From: a virus
Taxonomy: Duplodnaviria > Caudoviricetes
IMG/VR virus record: IMGVR_UViG_3300037424_001480
Coordinates: 1 to 34,093 of that record
DNA: 34,093 nt
Direction: 5' to 3' (one strand)
The position numbers and the translations under genes were made by a program. Below, piece by piece: positions 24,679 through 34,093 of the stretch (position 1 is its first letter; the number at the start of each line of letters is the position of its first letter). The notes below the pieces were generated by a model, which had not been told where the DNA came from, made no database searches, and saw only the letters and a list, made by a program, of their open reading frames with translations.

Positions 24679-25050
24679 GTGTCAGGTTTGTTGAGTGATG
24701 CAGAACTAACTGAAATCCGGGATTTCGTGGAGGAGAATGCGTTGCCTTCGACGTGTACGATCCAGACGCCGACGGAGACCAATACGAAGGGCAGCGTCGT
24801 GACTACGTATGCGAACACGTACACGGCTGTACCCTGCCGGATCATGCCGATCCGGGGTGAAGGCCGGGAGTATGTGACCGGGGAGAAGATAACCCGGCGG
24901 GCGACGTACATCGGGACATTTCCGTTCGATCAGGCTCTGGATGCGACGTACCGTGTGGTGGCTGGCGGCGATACCTACCAGGTGCTTCAAGTTTGGGATG
25001 ATCACGATTTTCGGACGGCGCGCCGGGCTGATCTGGCGAAGGTGGCGTGA
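24679..25050 (+). CDS. Head closure protein (SPP1 gp16-like)
   Basis: CTIQ......G......VPCRI...RVV.GG.TYQV pattern. Confidence 0.75.
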   Translation: MSGLLSDAELTEIRDFVEENALPSTCTIQTPTETNTKGSVVTTYANTYTAVPCRIMPIRGEGREYVTGEKITRRATYIGTFPFDQALDATYRVVAGGDTYQVLQVWDDHDFRTARRADLAKVA

Positions 25051-25053
25051 GGA

Positions 25054-25105
25054 GGTGTCAGGTGATCTGTTTCAGGTGTCAGGTGATCCAGTGTCAGATG
25101 TCAGG
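25054..25105 (+). repeat. Degenerate GGTGTCA heptamer repeat cluster
   Basis: AGGTGTCAGGTGATC twice plus GTGTCAG and ATGTCAG in the intergenic space. Confidence 0.7.
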
Positions 25106-25116
25106 AAGAAGGTGAG

Positions 25117-25533
25117 ATGAGTATTTTTCGGGATCGAGAAGCGGTTGTTACGGTGGAGCTGGGGCCGCTGCAGAAACTGAGGGAGAGCTTGCAACCGAAG
25201 GCTCATGCCATTTTGGATAAGGCCTCATTCGATATGCTGGCGTCTGCTCAGGCCAATGCGCCGGTGGATACCGGGGCGATGCGGGCCTCGGGCTATGTGA
25301 GTGGGACGGACGGCGGCCAATCGAATTACAGCGAGGCCCTGGCCGAGGCTTCCTCGAGGCGGGAGACTGAGTTCAACGCGGAGGAAAAACCGGGCACACC
25401 GTTCGAGCGGGTGATCGGGTTTTCGGTGATTTACGCGCTGATTCAGGAGATCGTTCACCAGGCGTATTTACGGCCGGCGGTCGAGCGCCACCGGACGGCA
25501 TTTATGAATGCGTGGAAGGGCCTGTTTAAATAA
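25117..25533 (+). CDS. HK97 gp10-like neck protein
   Basis: AQANAPVDTGAMRAS, YALIQE, YLRPAVE. Confidence 0.8.
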   Translation: MSIFRDREAVVTVELGPLQKLRESLQPKAHAILDKASFDMLASAQANAPVDTGAMRASGYVSGTDGGQSNYSEALAEASSRRETEFNAEEKPGTPFERVIGFSVIYALIQEIVHQAYLRPAVERHRTAFMNAWKGLFK

Positions 25534-25934
25534 TGGATGCCCTCGAAGATGCCATCTATGACAAGATTGCCGGGGTGAGCGGGATCACCACGCTGGTGGG
25601 GACCCGCATTTATGATAAACCGGCTCCGGCCGGGGCGACGTACCCGTTCGTCGCGTATTCGTTCGCGGGCGGTGGTGAAGACCGGGAGACGCCGAAACAC
25701 CGGAAGGGGCTGGTGTATTTGCTGCAAGGGGTGTCGAACGTTTCCAAAAAGGAGGCCAATAGCCTGGCTGAACTGTTGGAGACGGCTTTCGATGAAGCGG
25801 TTTTGGTTGTGAGCGGCTGGACGAACTTTTGGACAGCCGTCGAAGATCACCTGAAGGCGGTTGAATTGGATACGCAATCAGGTATTCAAACCTGGCGGGC
25901 CGGGCGTTATGTCCGGATCCGCCTTTCTAAATAG
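25533..25934 (+). CDS. Tail terminator/completion protein (DUF3168-like)
   Basis: LVGTRIYD.PAP.GATYPFV. Confidence 0.8.
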   Translation: MDALEDAIYDKIAGVSGITTLVGTRIYDKPAPAGATYPFVAYSFAGGGEDRETPKHRKGLVYLLQGVSNVSKKEANSLAELLETAFDEAVLVVSGWTNFWTAVEDHLKAVELDTQSGIQTWRAGRYVRIRLSK

Positions 25935-25943
25935 GAGGCTGTT

Positions 25944-26339
25944 ATGCCTGAATATACTGGTTCTGCTTTGTATATCTCGTTTGCCGGGACGGTTTTGTCC
26001 AGCCGGTTTCGTTCGATGGACAACGACGAGACGCAGGCATTCGTCGCCAAGGATGCCGGCGCGGACACGGTGATGACCTACCTTAATACCCTCGCCGACG
26101 GGAAGTCTACCGTCGAGGTGCTGGCTGAGGAAGGTGGAACGGCGCTGTGGGCTGCCATTGCCAAGGGTGCGAGTGGCACACTGATCTATGGCGAGGAAGG
26201 CACCGCTTCCGGAAAGCCCAAGCATACAGTGCCCGCCCGCGTGGGCCGCCGCCGGAAAAACGTCGTCTATAACGATGTGACGAAGTTGACGTTTGATTTC
26301 CAATACAATGGCACGATGGTGGATGGGACGTGGACGTAA
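25944..26339 (+). CDS. Tail tube protein (putative)
   Basis: AGGAGG RBS; 131 aa beta-rich, between terminator and chaperone genes. Confidence 0.7.
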   Translation: MPEYTGSALYISFAGTVLSSRFRSMDNDETQAFVAKDAGADTVMTYLNTLADGKSTVEVLAEEGGTALWAAIAKGASGTLIYGEEGTASGKPKHTVPARVGRRRKNVVYNDVTKLTFDFQYNGTMVDGTWT

Positions 26340-26353
26340 AAGCTGGAGGCAAC

Positions 26354-26752
26354 ATGAGCAAAAAAAATGGTCGCTTTGTGCCGAGCCGGGAGCAAATCCT
26401 GGCTCAGGCCGGGAATCTACCCCAGGAATGGGTGTCCGTGCCGGAGTTTGGCGAAGGTGCGGAAGTGCTCGTCGAGGGGGCAGACGCGGATGGACGCGTG
26501 CTGTGGTACGAGAAAGCGCAGATCGATGGGAAGGTTGACTTGCGGATCGCTCAGGCGATGGCGCTTGTGATCGGTATTAAGGAACCGCGCTTCACCGAAG
26601 CAGATGTGCCGGCGCTTCGTAAATTGAGCGGAGCCGCGGTCGGGCGCATCCAGGAGGCCTGGCAGCGCCTCTCTGGTCTCAAAGACGATGCCCTTTTGGA
26701 GGCCCGAAAAAACTCCTTGCCAGTCCTGCCCGCCTCTTCCTCTACAACTTAG
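26354..26752 (+). CDS. Tail assembly chaperone (lambda G-like)
   Basis: GGAGG RBS; VSVPEFG, PRFTEADV..L, RLSG.......EARKN. Confidence 0.8.
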   Translation: MSKKNGRFVPSREQILAQAGNLPQEWVSVPEFGEGAEVLVEGADADGRVLWYEKAQIDGKVDLRIAQAMALVIGIKEPRFTEADVPALRKLSGAAVGRIQEAWQRLSGLKDDALLEARKNSLPVLPASSSTT

Positions 26753-26967
26753 CTGACCGGAAAGGTCTCTCTCTGACGCAGGCGTTCACTTTGCCCTCCT
26801 GGGAGCTCACCGAGTGGCAGGCCTATTACGAAGTCACGGACTGGATTCAGCAGGGGTTGGGAAAGGAGAATGACTACCGGCGCGGCCTGGCGTTCGCCCA
26901 ATCTGTGCAGGCGATTGAGGAGGAACGGCACGAGCGGAAGACCGGGCGAAAAGTCGGACAAAGATAA
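26354..26967 (+). CDS. Tail assembly chaperone GT-like product via programmed -1 frameshift
   Basis: Slippery A AAA AAC at 26707-26713; -1 frame reads LLASPARLFLYNLADRKG...ELTEWQAYY...GQR to TAA 26967. Confidence 0.8.
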
Positions 26968-26971
26968 CTAA

Positions 26972-27126
26972 GCCGGCATACCACCGGCGGGCTGTCGGAC
27001 GCCCTACCGGGGTTGAGTACAACCCTGCCCTCCCCATTTGCGGCTGAAGCCGAAAACAGGGAGGGGAGAAGAAGGCAAACACACGGCCATAAGGATCAAT
27101 TTTGATTCTTGTGGCCGTTTCATTTT
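26972..27126 (+). promoter_or_regulatory. Structured leader/attenuator, copy B, ending in an intrinsic terminator
   Basis: Homologous to 12661-12813; stem 27083-27118 followed by TTCATTTT. Confidence 0.75.
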
Positions 27127-27160
27127 AAGGTCTCGATTTACTCGACCTAAAGGAGACTGC

Positions 27161-29590
27161 TTGGAAATTGCGGCTCTGTTCGCCCGAATTGGGGCGGACC
27201 TGACCGGTTTGGAGAAGGGGCTAGGCCAGACCGAATCCATGCTCATGAGCGCGGGAAAGAAGATGAGCAATCTGGGCAGTGATTTAACGCGCAATCTGAG
27301 CCTGCCCCTGGCTGCCCTGGGGGGCATTGCGGCGAAGTCGGCGATTGAGCTGGATACGGAGATGCGGAATATTCAGTCCATCTCCAAACAAACGGATGCG
27401 GAGATCGCCGCGCTTTCGGATACGTTTTTGGACATGTCTACGGACATGAGGAAGACGACCGATACTGCCAAGAATCTGGCGGCCGGGTTCTATCAAATCC
27501 AGAGTTCCGGGTTTGCCGGGGCGGAGGCCATGGAGGTGCTGGAGAAGGCAACGAAAGCGGGGAGCGCCGGGCTGGCCAGTACCGACGTGGCGGCCACTGC
27601 GCTGGCAGCCACTCTGAATGCCTATGGGAAAGGGGCTGATCAGGCCGGGCATATCTCCGATCTGTTATTCGAGACGGTGAACAGAGGCGTGGTGACGTTT
27701 GGGGAACTGTCGGGTTCGCTGTCGAACATCGTGGGGACGGCAGCCCAGGCCGGGGTCAGTTTCGAGACCGTTTCCGCTGCGATTGCGACGATGTCGAAAC
27801 AGGGGCAGTCCGGGGCGGAGTCAACCGTCGCCCTCAACCAGTTGATTTTGGGGCTGATCAAGCCGAGTGAAGACCTGGAGAGGGCGATTCAGAACCTGGG
27901 TTATAGCTCCGGCCAGGCGATGCTCAACGCCCTCGGGCTGGGGGGGACGCTCCAGGCCTTGAGCGCGGCCGGCTATGATTCCACCGAAGCCATGGCCACC
28001 TTGTTTCCGAATGTGCGCGCGCTCCGGGCGGCCCTGGCCCTGACCGGCGAAGGGGCGCAGATGTTCGTGGGCGACCTGGCAGCGATGGAGAACGCAGCCG
28101 GGGCCACGGATGCCGCCTTCGAGCAGCAAACCAAATCCATTTCCGCGCAGTTGAAGAATCTCAAGAATGAATTTACCGCGCTCGGCATCGAACTGGCGCA
28201 GGTCGCGGTCCCGGCGCTGATGGAGAGCGTGGGCTGGCTGAAGCAGCAGGCTAAAGCTTTTCGGGATTTGGATCCGGAAATGCAGAAAAATATTGTGGTC
28301 TGGACGGGGATCGCTATCGCTGCCGGGCCGGCGCTGAAGATCATCGGTGGGTTGGCGACGGGGATCGGGACGCTGGTGGGGTGGTTTCCAAAAATAGCCG
28401 CGGGGGGTATTGCCATAGCAACGGCGATGTCTCAGGTGGGGGCGGCGTTTGCTTTGATGGCCGAGGGCCAGGGAGTGTTTGCGGTGGCGACTGCGGGTGT
28501 GGCGGGTTTGACCGCCGCTTTGATCCCAGTTGTCGCAGCAATTGCGGCCATTGGCGTAGCCTACAATCATTTAATTATCAAGACGCAAAAAACCGGGCTA
28601 GAAGATACAGCCAATACCTGGAGCAAATTTTTTGCTGATCTGACCGCTAAGGGGGCGAGTGCGGCTACGATTGCCAACGAGTATGCCAAGGCCCAGCAGC
28701 GGGTCAACGAACAGATGGAGCAGGGGGGCTTGATTGCGAAGTTATTTGTGGACGATCAGGAAATCTTGCGGCAGGGGCAGGCAGGAGTTGCGGCGGCGAT
28801 CCTGGAAAGCGCCGTTTCCTATACCGAGTATGCGGCCGCCATGGCGCAGGCTGGCCTGGCCTCCGAGGCCTTGGGGAAGGCTCAGTTCACCGCCATGACC
28901 GGAATTTCTGAAAATATCCCGGTCGCGGAAGATTACCTGGCTACGCTGTATAAAACGGAACGCCAGGCGATGGATGCTGCTATGGCCGAGTACCAGATGG
29001 CACAAAATGCCAAACAAGTCGCCGATGAGTTCAGAGGGATGCACGAAGAGGTGATCAAGTTCGAGGATGGCAGCGAGAAGGTGGTTCTAGTCTTTGGAAC
29101 GATAGCTGAGTCAATGGGTATTTTCGCCGACAAAACATATTTTGCCCGCGACCAGGTGAGCAGGTTGATGGCACAATTCGACTCCGCAGGGTCCGGTGGG
29201 AAAAAGAGCGCCTTCCAAACCCTTGTTGAAACCTATGGGTTGGCGATGGCACAGTTGATGAGCAATGCCAAATCCGCGCTGACCGAGTTACAGAACCTGC
29301 TTGAGTTCCTGGAAGCCAATCCGCAAATCAATCCTAACCAACGGATTTTCCTGCCCGTTTTGGAACCGCCGGGAGGCACAGGCCCCACCGGCCCATATAT
29401 TCCCCCTCCTCCCGGTGAGGGCGGAGGAGGAGGAGAGGGTGAGGGTGAAGGTGGGAATCCGAACGGGGCCACGTTGCGCGCCGGGGATACTTTCAATATC
29501 AGTATTAACGACAGCCAATCGGCTGCGATGATGATGGCGGAGATAGATCAACGCAGGCGGATGCGGCTCTCCGCCCGGATGGGAGGCTAA
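27161..29590 (+). CDS. Tape measure protein (TP901-family core)
   Basis: AAGGAG RBS before TTG 27161; LFARIGAD, SLPLAALG, YQIQSSG, D.LFETVNRG..TFGEL; Ala-rich helical, 809 aa. Confidence 0.9.
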   Translation: MEIAALFARIGADLTGLEKGLGQTESMLMSAGKKMSNLGSDLTRNLSLPLAALGGIAAKSAIELDTEMRNIQSISKQTDAEIAALSDTFLDMSTDMRKTTDTAKNLAAGFYQIQSSGFAGAEAMEVLEKATKAGSAGLASTDVAATALAATLNAYGKGADQAGHISDLLFETVNRGVVTFGELSGSLSNIVGTAAQAGVSFETVSAAIATMSKQGQSGAESTVALNQLILGLIKPSEDLERAIQNLGYSSGQAMLNALGLGGTLQALSAAGYDSTEAMATLFPNVRALRAALALTGEGAQMFVGDLAAMENAAGATDAAFEQQTKSISAQLKNLKNEFTALGIELAQVAVPALMESVGWLKQQAKAFRDLDPEMQKNIVVWTGIAIAAGPALKIIGGLATGIGTLVGWFPKIAAGGIAIATAMSQVGAAFALMAEGQGVFAVATAGVAGLTAALIPVVAAIAAIGVAYNHLIIKTQKTGLEDTANTWSKFFADLTAKGASAATIANEYAKAQQRVNEQMEQGGLIAKLFVDDQEILRQGQAGVAAAILESAVSYTEYAAAMAQAGLASEALGKAQFTAMTGISENIPVAEDYLATLYKTERQAMDAAMAEYQMAQNAKQVADEFRGMHEEVIKFEDGSEKVVLVFGTIAESMGIFADKTYFARDQVSRLMAQFDSAGSGGKKSAFQTLVETYGLAMAQLMSNAKSALTELQNLLEFLEANPQINPNQRIFLPVLEPPGGTGPTGPYIPPPPGEGGGGGEGEGEGGNPNGATLRAGDTFNISINDSQSAAMMMAEIDQRRRMRLSARMGG

Positions 29591-29593
29591 ACG

Positions 29594-30937
29594 ATGGCGA
29601 TCCGTTTACGGCTGGCGAACCTGGCCCAGACCACGACGTTCAATTTTTGGGATGGTGTCTTCCGGCTGCGTAATAACGGCTGGCAGAGCCGGCGCGCCGG
29701 GGGGCAGATGATCGAGACTTTCCAACTCATCGCCGAAGGGGTGGATTCGGCCATTATCACGGCGGAAAACAGTTTGGAAGACCTGTTCGAGGCGATTGAA
29801 AAATTCGGCATTGACTCGCTGCGGGGGGAGAGCATCTGGCTGGAAGCCAATGCCGACGCGGAGACGGCCAAACGAGCATTTCTATACCGGGGGGAACTGC
29901 TCCCCGCGATGGTACAAAACATCAGCCCGCTGTTGGGCAAGTCCGGCGCGTTTTATAGTCTGGGGCTGACCCGGCATCCGTTGTGGGAGAAGGTGGCGGC
30001 ACAAACGGGTTCGACGACCGACATCAGTTGTCTGGGCGGCAAGTGGGCGCTTGCCGACCTGGGGGGCACGGTGGATGGAAGGATGTCAAAATTTGCGCTG
30101 ACCGGGCGGAGCGGCGGCGGCGGGCCGCTCAGCCGGTTTTGGGTCGGCGTCCGGCCGCTATACGATGGGCATGCCACTCTGACGTTCCCCTGGGAGTGCG
30201 AAAGCGGTGATCTGGGCACCGATGCCAGCAGCGAGGCAGATGCAGCTTCGAGCGGGGGCAACCGGGTAAAAGTGACTTTTGCGACGGTGGCCACGCTGGA
30301 CGAACGGGTGGGGCTGGAACTGCAGGACTTTGTCACCAACACCTATGACGCCAAAGGGCGCTATCTCGTGCTGGTGCGCGCCTGGGTCTCCGCGGGCGTG
30401 GTGGCTCTGCAAATGCGGACTGGGTTCGATCTGGGCAGCAATACCAATCTCCAACCGCACAAAACCATTTACGTCAGTAACACGGCCGCCCATCTGCTCG
30501 AACTGGGCGAGATCGTGCTGCCGCCGGTGGCCTACCGGGACGTGGTCCAGGATGACCAGTTCCTGGATTTTTTCAATCTCAAATTTTTCGCCGAACGCAT
30601 CTCAGGCGCTGGCAATCTGTACCTGGACTGCGTGGTACTGATCCCCTCGGAACACTCATTTTTCGTGGATGGCGCAGCCGTCCAATACGATACCAGCGCC
30701 GACAACATGACGGCCTACACCTTCGAGGATGATGAAAACCAGGCGATTTTTTATGAGAACGATGGGAGTATCTCCCGGCCCGGGCCCGGGCTGGACGTGA
30801 GCTTCACAAACTGGAAGTACCCGGTTGGGGGCGGGGTAGTCTTCATCGCCGGGGAACGGGCGGCCGGGATGACGATCACCGATGACGTGAACCCGTCCTT
30901 CGAGATGTACGCCCGCTGGCGTAATCACGCCGGCTAG
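29594..30937 (+). CDS. Distal tail / tail-tip protein (putative)
   Basis: GGAGG RBS; follows the tape measure; internal carbohydrate-binding-like segment (ECESG...GRYLVLVRA...LDCVVLIP). Confidence 0.65.
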   Translation: MAIRLRLANLAQTTTFNFWDGVFRLRNNGWQSRRAGGQMIETFQLIAEGVDSAIITAENSLEDLFEAIEKFGIDSLRGESIWLEANADAETAKRAFLYRGELLPAMVQNISPLLGKSGAFYSLGLTRHPLWEKVAAQTGSTTDISCLGGKWALADLGGTVDGRMSKFALTGRSGGGGPLSRFWVGVRPLYDGHATLTFPWECESGDLGTDASSEADAASSGGNRVKVTFATVATLDERVGLELQDFVTNTYDAKGRYLVLVRAWVSAGVVALQMRTGFDLGSNTNLQPHKTIYVSNTAAHLLELGEIVLPPVAYRDVVQDDQFLDFFNLKFFAERISGAGNLYLDCVVLIPSEHSFFVDGAAVQYDTSADNMTAYTFEDDENQAIFYENDGSISRPGPGLDVSFTNWKYPVGGGVVFIAGERAAGMTITDDVNPSFEMYARWRNHAG

Positions 30938-30954
30938 TTTCCAATTTAAGATTG

Positions 30955-32160
30955 ATGCCAGTCTCCACCCCGATCACTTTCCCTGCCCCTACAAGCGGCC
31001 CGCGCAAAATTCCCATCGGGCGGGCCATCCCCCCCCGGCCAAAGACCCAGGTCCGAGAGTATTCACTGCGGTTGTTTGCGCCGCTGCTGGTGGATGCCGG
31101 GGCGTTCGTCGAGGACCTGACGGACAAGGTGCAGACCTGGCGGCGCAGCATCCGGGCGCGGCGCGGGCCCTGGCTGGGGACGTTCCGACTGTACGGCGAT
31201 GAGCCGTATCTGCGGAAGTGGTTCCATGAATATTTGGCGTTCCATATAGAGGAACGTTCCCAGGGAATAACCTGGGAGGGGTTGGTGTGGGAGATGGAGT
31301 ACGCGCACCAGGGCGTCACCCGGCGGAGGTCACTGGACACGGTCCAAAACGCGGTAAAGGCCATTTATACCGACACCGCCGATGCGGTGGCCGAGTCGAG
31401 CTGGGCCACCCAGGCCCAGAGCCTGGGTCTTTATGGGAGGATGGAGGAGATTTTGATCATGGATAATTATCCCCAGGCCACTGCCGAGGGGCGGCGGGAT
31501 AAGGTCCTGGCTGAGCGGGCCTGGCCCTGGGCGCGCCCGGTGGGGGGCCGCCGCGGGGGGGACACCTACCTCGACGTGAGCGTGGCCGGGTATATTTTTA
31601 CCGCCAACAATAAATACGTGACGAGCGCGGACGGGGCCACCGGCAACGCCAGCGCCTGGGTCAGCAGCATCGTCTCGACCGACCTGCAATTTCTGACGGC
31701 GGGGAAAATCGGGACCAACACTTTCCAGATGCAGCGCACGCTCAACGTCCCCCAGCGGGCGGGCGATACGCTGTTCGAAATTGCGGAAATCGGCGACAAC
31801 AGCCAGGTGCCATGGCGGTTCTATGCCGACGTGGGGAGGGTGGTGCATTACGTCCCGTTCGACACCACGCCGCGCTATTTCCTGCGGAACGGCGAGTTTT
31901 ACACCTCCACGTCCCTGAAGCAGACCATCTCGCCCTGGGAGATGGAGCCGGGCGTCATCCGGGACATGGATTACCCGGTGCGCGGCCCGGAGCAGGGCAG
32001 CTGGCTGGACGACGTGCGCGATATCCTGCTCGAAGAGATCACGGCCAGTGAAAACGGGGTCAGCTGGAGCACTGACGATTTCAGCGAGGCCGAACTGCTG
32101 GCCGCCCAGCAGGATTACGCCACTTCGATTGGCACGTTTATGGAGGATGGCCTGTTATGA
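30955..32160 (+). CDS. Tail tip/hub protein (putative)
   Basis: About 400 aa, WEGLVWEM; position between distal tail and fibre; start uncertain. Confidence 0.6.
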   Translation: MPVSTPITFPAPTSGPRKIPIGRAIPPRPKTQVREYSLRLFAPLLVDAGAFVEDLTDKVQTWRRSIRARRGPWLGTFRLYGDEPYLRKWFHEYLAFHIEERSQGITWEGLVWEMEYAHQGVTRRRSLDTVQNAVKAIYTDTADAVAESSWATQAQSLGLYGRMEEILIMDNYPQATAEGRRDKVLAERAWPWARPVGGRRGGDTYLDVSVAGYIFTANNKYVTSADGATGNASAWVSSIVSTDLQFLTAGKIGTNTFQMQRTLNVPQRAGDTLFEIAEIGDNSQVPWRFYADVGRVVHYVPFDTTPRYFLRNGEFYTSTSLKQTISPWEMEPGVIRDMDYPVRGPEQGSWLDDVRDILLEEITASENGVSWSTDDFSEAELLAAQQDYATSIGTFMEDGLL

Positions 32161-34093
32161 CCGATAGATTGGGGCGGAAGAACATCGAACACGAAGCCCG
32201 GAAAATCCGGGTGCTGGCCGGGTATTCCGGCACCCCATCCGGCACCACCGACCACGGCAGCCTGACCGGACTGGGAGATGATGATCACGCGCAATACGTC
32301 CATATTTCTGCGGTGCGGACGATTACGGCGCAACATTCGTTTTCCCCGGCGGGCACGCAACCGCCGTTTGTGCTGGGGGCCAACGCCCAAAGCCAGCTTG
32401 TGACCGGACTGCGGGCGGATCAATTGAGTAAAACGGTGACTGCGGGCGCGGGGTTGACCGGGGGTGGCACGTTGACCGGAAATATCACGCTCACCATTGG
32501 GGCGGGGAATGGCATTACCGTGAACGCGGACGACGTGGCAATCAATCTCGGTTCACCATCCGGCCTGACTTTTTCCGGCAGTGCATTGGTGGTGGATGAC
32601 GCGATTGCCGGGGCGGGGTTAACGATTTCGAGCAAAGTGCTGGCAGTCGGGGCCGGGGATGGGTTGGCGGTCAACGCCAACGACGTGGCCCTGAAAACTC
32701 CTGGCACGCTGAGTGTTGCTACTATCAATGATGCCACGAATGCCCACACGCATGAAATTACTTCATCGTCCAACCCCGGCGCGGCGGCGAGTCTGCTGGC
32801 CAGTAATGCGAGTGGTTATCTTCAGTTGGTCCGGCTGGGGGCTGGGGTGTCGCCGTCATATCCATTGCATGCCAGGCTCACGACGGAGCAGCTCCGGCTG
32901 GATTATGATGCGAGCAATTACAGCAGTTTCACGGTGGGGAGTGGGGGGAATCTGACGGTTGCACCGACCGGGGATTTCATTTTCGACCCGGCGGGGAACG
33001 ACATCCTGCCGACCACCGGCTACGACCTGAATATTGGCAGTCTGCAGAAAAAGTATTTGACGCTGCACGCGGCGGAATTGTGGGTGGAGACGCTGGTGGC
33101 TCAAAATACGATTGCGACTATTGGGGGCCGGATTGTCGTGACACCGACGACAACGCTGATTGCGGACCTGGCGAGCGGGGGGACGACGATGGATGTGAAA
33201 CATAACCAAATGAGCAATGGGGACCGGGTGCTGATGCAGGCCAATGGCAGCGTGGAATGGATGGCGATCACGTCCGCACCCACGGCCATCGCCGGGGGGT
33301 ACCGGTATTCGGTGACCCGGGACCTGGACGGGACGGGGGCGAACAACTGGTATGCGGGAGACGCGGTGGTCAACACCCGGCAGACAGGCAGCGGGTTCAT
33401 GGATCTGTACAGCCTGGAATCGGTGACCGCCAAAGCGCCCGATTACATTTTTGCTTTCGACGCATCCGCCGGGACGTACAGCGCCAATTATGCGGATTTA
33501 TCCAACTTCGAGTTGTACCCGACCACCGGGGAGACGGGAGACCGGTTCTATATCGGGTTCAGCACACAGTGGGCGGCAGTATATTTTTATATGCTGGTGG
33601 CCGGGGTCTATACCTCCATAGGCCCGCAGTGGAAATACTGGAATGGGGCCTGGACGAACTTCACTCCTACGACCACCCCGGATTTCAAAAGTACCGGCGA
33701 ACAAGACCTGGTGCTCGGGACGTTGTCCGGGTGGACGACGACGAGCGTGAACGGGAAGACGGCCTGGTGGGTGACTTACGATATCGGGACGGTCTCTTCC
33801 TGGACGACCACGCCCCAGCAGGGGACACGGCGGGTACTGGGGGAGAAGAGCCAGTGGGGGCCGACGATTGTAGGATGGGGACGGAATTCCAGCACCTATA
33901 ACGATCTCACCGAGCACTGGGCGATTGGGAATCTGAATGGGCTGTACGGGTACGGGGTGGATACCTATGGCGTGGGGTTGGGGAAGTATGGGACGGGCAG
34001 CCAGAGTTACATCACGATTGACGCGAGTAATGGGCTGCGAATTTTCAATGGCTCGACGATTATCGGAAAATGGGACACCTCGGGTAATGTGCA
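32157..34093 (+). CDS. Tail fibre / receptor-binding protein, 3'-truncated (absent from the ORF track)
   Basis: GGAGG RBS, ATGA overlap; frame open to the window end: MTDRLGRK...DHGSLTGLGDDDHAQY...AGAGLTGGG...AGNGITVNADDV...AGDGLAVNANDV...HTHEI. Confidence 0.8.
   Translation, partial: MTDRLGRKNIEHEARKIRVLAGYSGTPSGTTDHGSLTGLGDDDHAQYVHISAVRTITAQHSFSPAGTQPPFVLGANAQSQLVTGLRADQLSKTVTAGAGLTGGGTLTGNITLTIGAGNGITVNADDVAINLGSPSGLTFSGSALVVDDAIAGAGLTISSKVLAVGAGDGLAVNANDVALKTPGTLSVATINDATNAHTHEITSSSNPGAAASLLASNASGYLQLVRLGAGVSPSYPLHARLTTEQLRLDYDASNYSSFTVGSGGNLTVAPTGDFIFDPAGNDILPTTGYDLNIGSLQKKYLTLHAAELWVETLVAQNTIATIGGRIVVTPTTTLIADLASGGTTMDVKHNQMSNGDRVLMQANGSVEWMAITSAPTAIAGGYRYSVTRDLDGTGANNWYAGDAVVNTRQTGSGFMDLYSLESVTAKAPDYIFAFDASAGTYSANYADLSNFELYPTTGETGDRFYIGFSTQWAAVYFYMLVAGVYTSIGPQWKYWNGAWTNFTPTTTPDFKSTGEQDLVLGTLSGWTTTSVNGKTAWWVTYDIGTVSSWTTTPQQGTRRVLGEKSQWGPTIVGWGRNSSTYNDLTEHWAIGNLNGLYGYGVDTYGVGLGKYGTGSQSYITIDASNGLRIFNGSTIIGKWDTSGNV

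Noticed and set aside
25054-25105. Possible mini CRISPR array
   Set aside because: Repeats are only 7-15 bp with few-nt spacers; no cas genes
27038-27160. N-terminal extension of the tape measure ORF
   Set aside because: It runs through the terminator hairpin; AAGGAG precedes TTG 27161
27821-28570. 249-aa antisense ORF in the tape measure gene
   Set aside because: Arg/His/Gly-rich mirror of Ala/Val-rich codons; no motifs
29395-29460. Pro/Gly/Glu low-complexity tract near the tape measure C-terminus
   Set aside because: An in-frame flexible linker; no sign of frameshift or mobile element
32713-33917. Track ORFs 32713..32955, 33257..33901 and minus-strand ORFs
   Set aside because: Alternative frames of the tail-fibre gene, which is open from 32157 to the window end
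1-34093. tRNA/rRNA genes, integrase, transposase, reverse transcriptase (DGR), prohead protease, tail sheath
   Set aside because: None recognised by eye; prophage versus free phage cannot be decided from this window

Overview
This window is the late (lysis, packaging and virion) region of a tailed dsDNA phage or prophage. It is probably a siphovirus, since it has a tail tube, a frameshifted chaperone and a TP901-type tape measure but no sheath. Almost all genes are on the + strand. Gene order: HTH gene end, small early-type ORFs, structured non-coding DNA, holin, DUF5662-like, TM/coiled-coil gene, GH25 endolysin, TerS, TerL, Zn-ribbon cluster, portal, small ORFs, intein-containing MuF, scaffold, major capsid, decoration protein, GT4-GT2-FkbM fusion plus methyltransferase, lipoprotein, Ala-rich/modular virion proteins, neck, tail tube, chaperones, tape measure, tail tip, tail fibre (runs off the end). 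A Chloroflexota (Anaerolineae-like) host is inferred only from the Pro/Thr-linker lipoprotein and the repeat types. The best candidate for a new system is the 331-aa intein in MuF. It has no endonuclease in its own frame, but its antisense strand carries an intact 302-aa HTH-HTH-Vsr/DUF559 endonuclease gene nested inside the intein borders, with its own RBS and extended -10 written into the splicing-motif codons. Other highlights are a duplicated, covarying attenuator-like RNA, a candidate sRNA, a putative virion glycosylation cassette and two -1 frameshifts. All family assignments come from motif recognition by eye; no searches were run.
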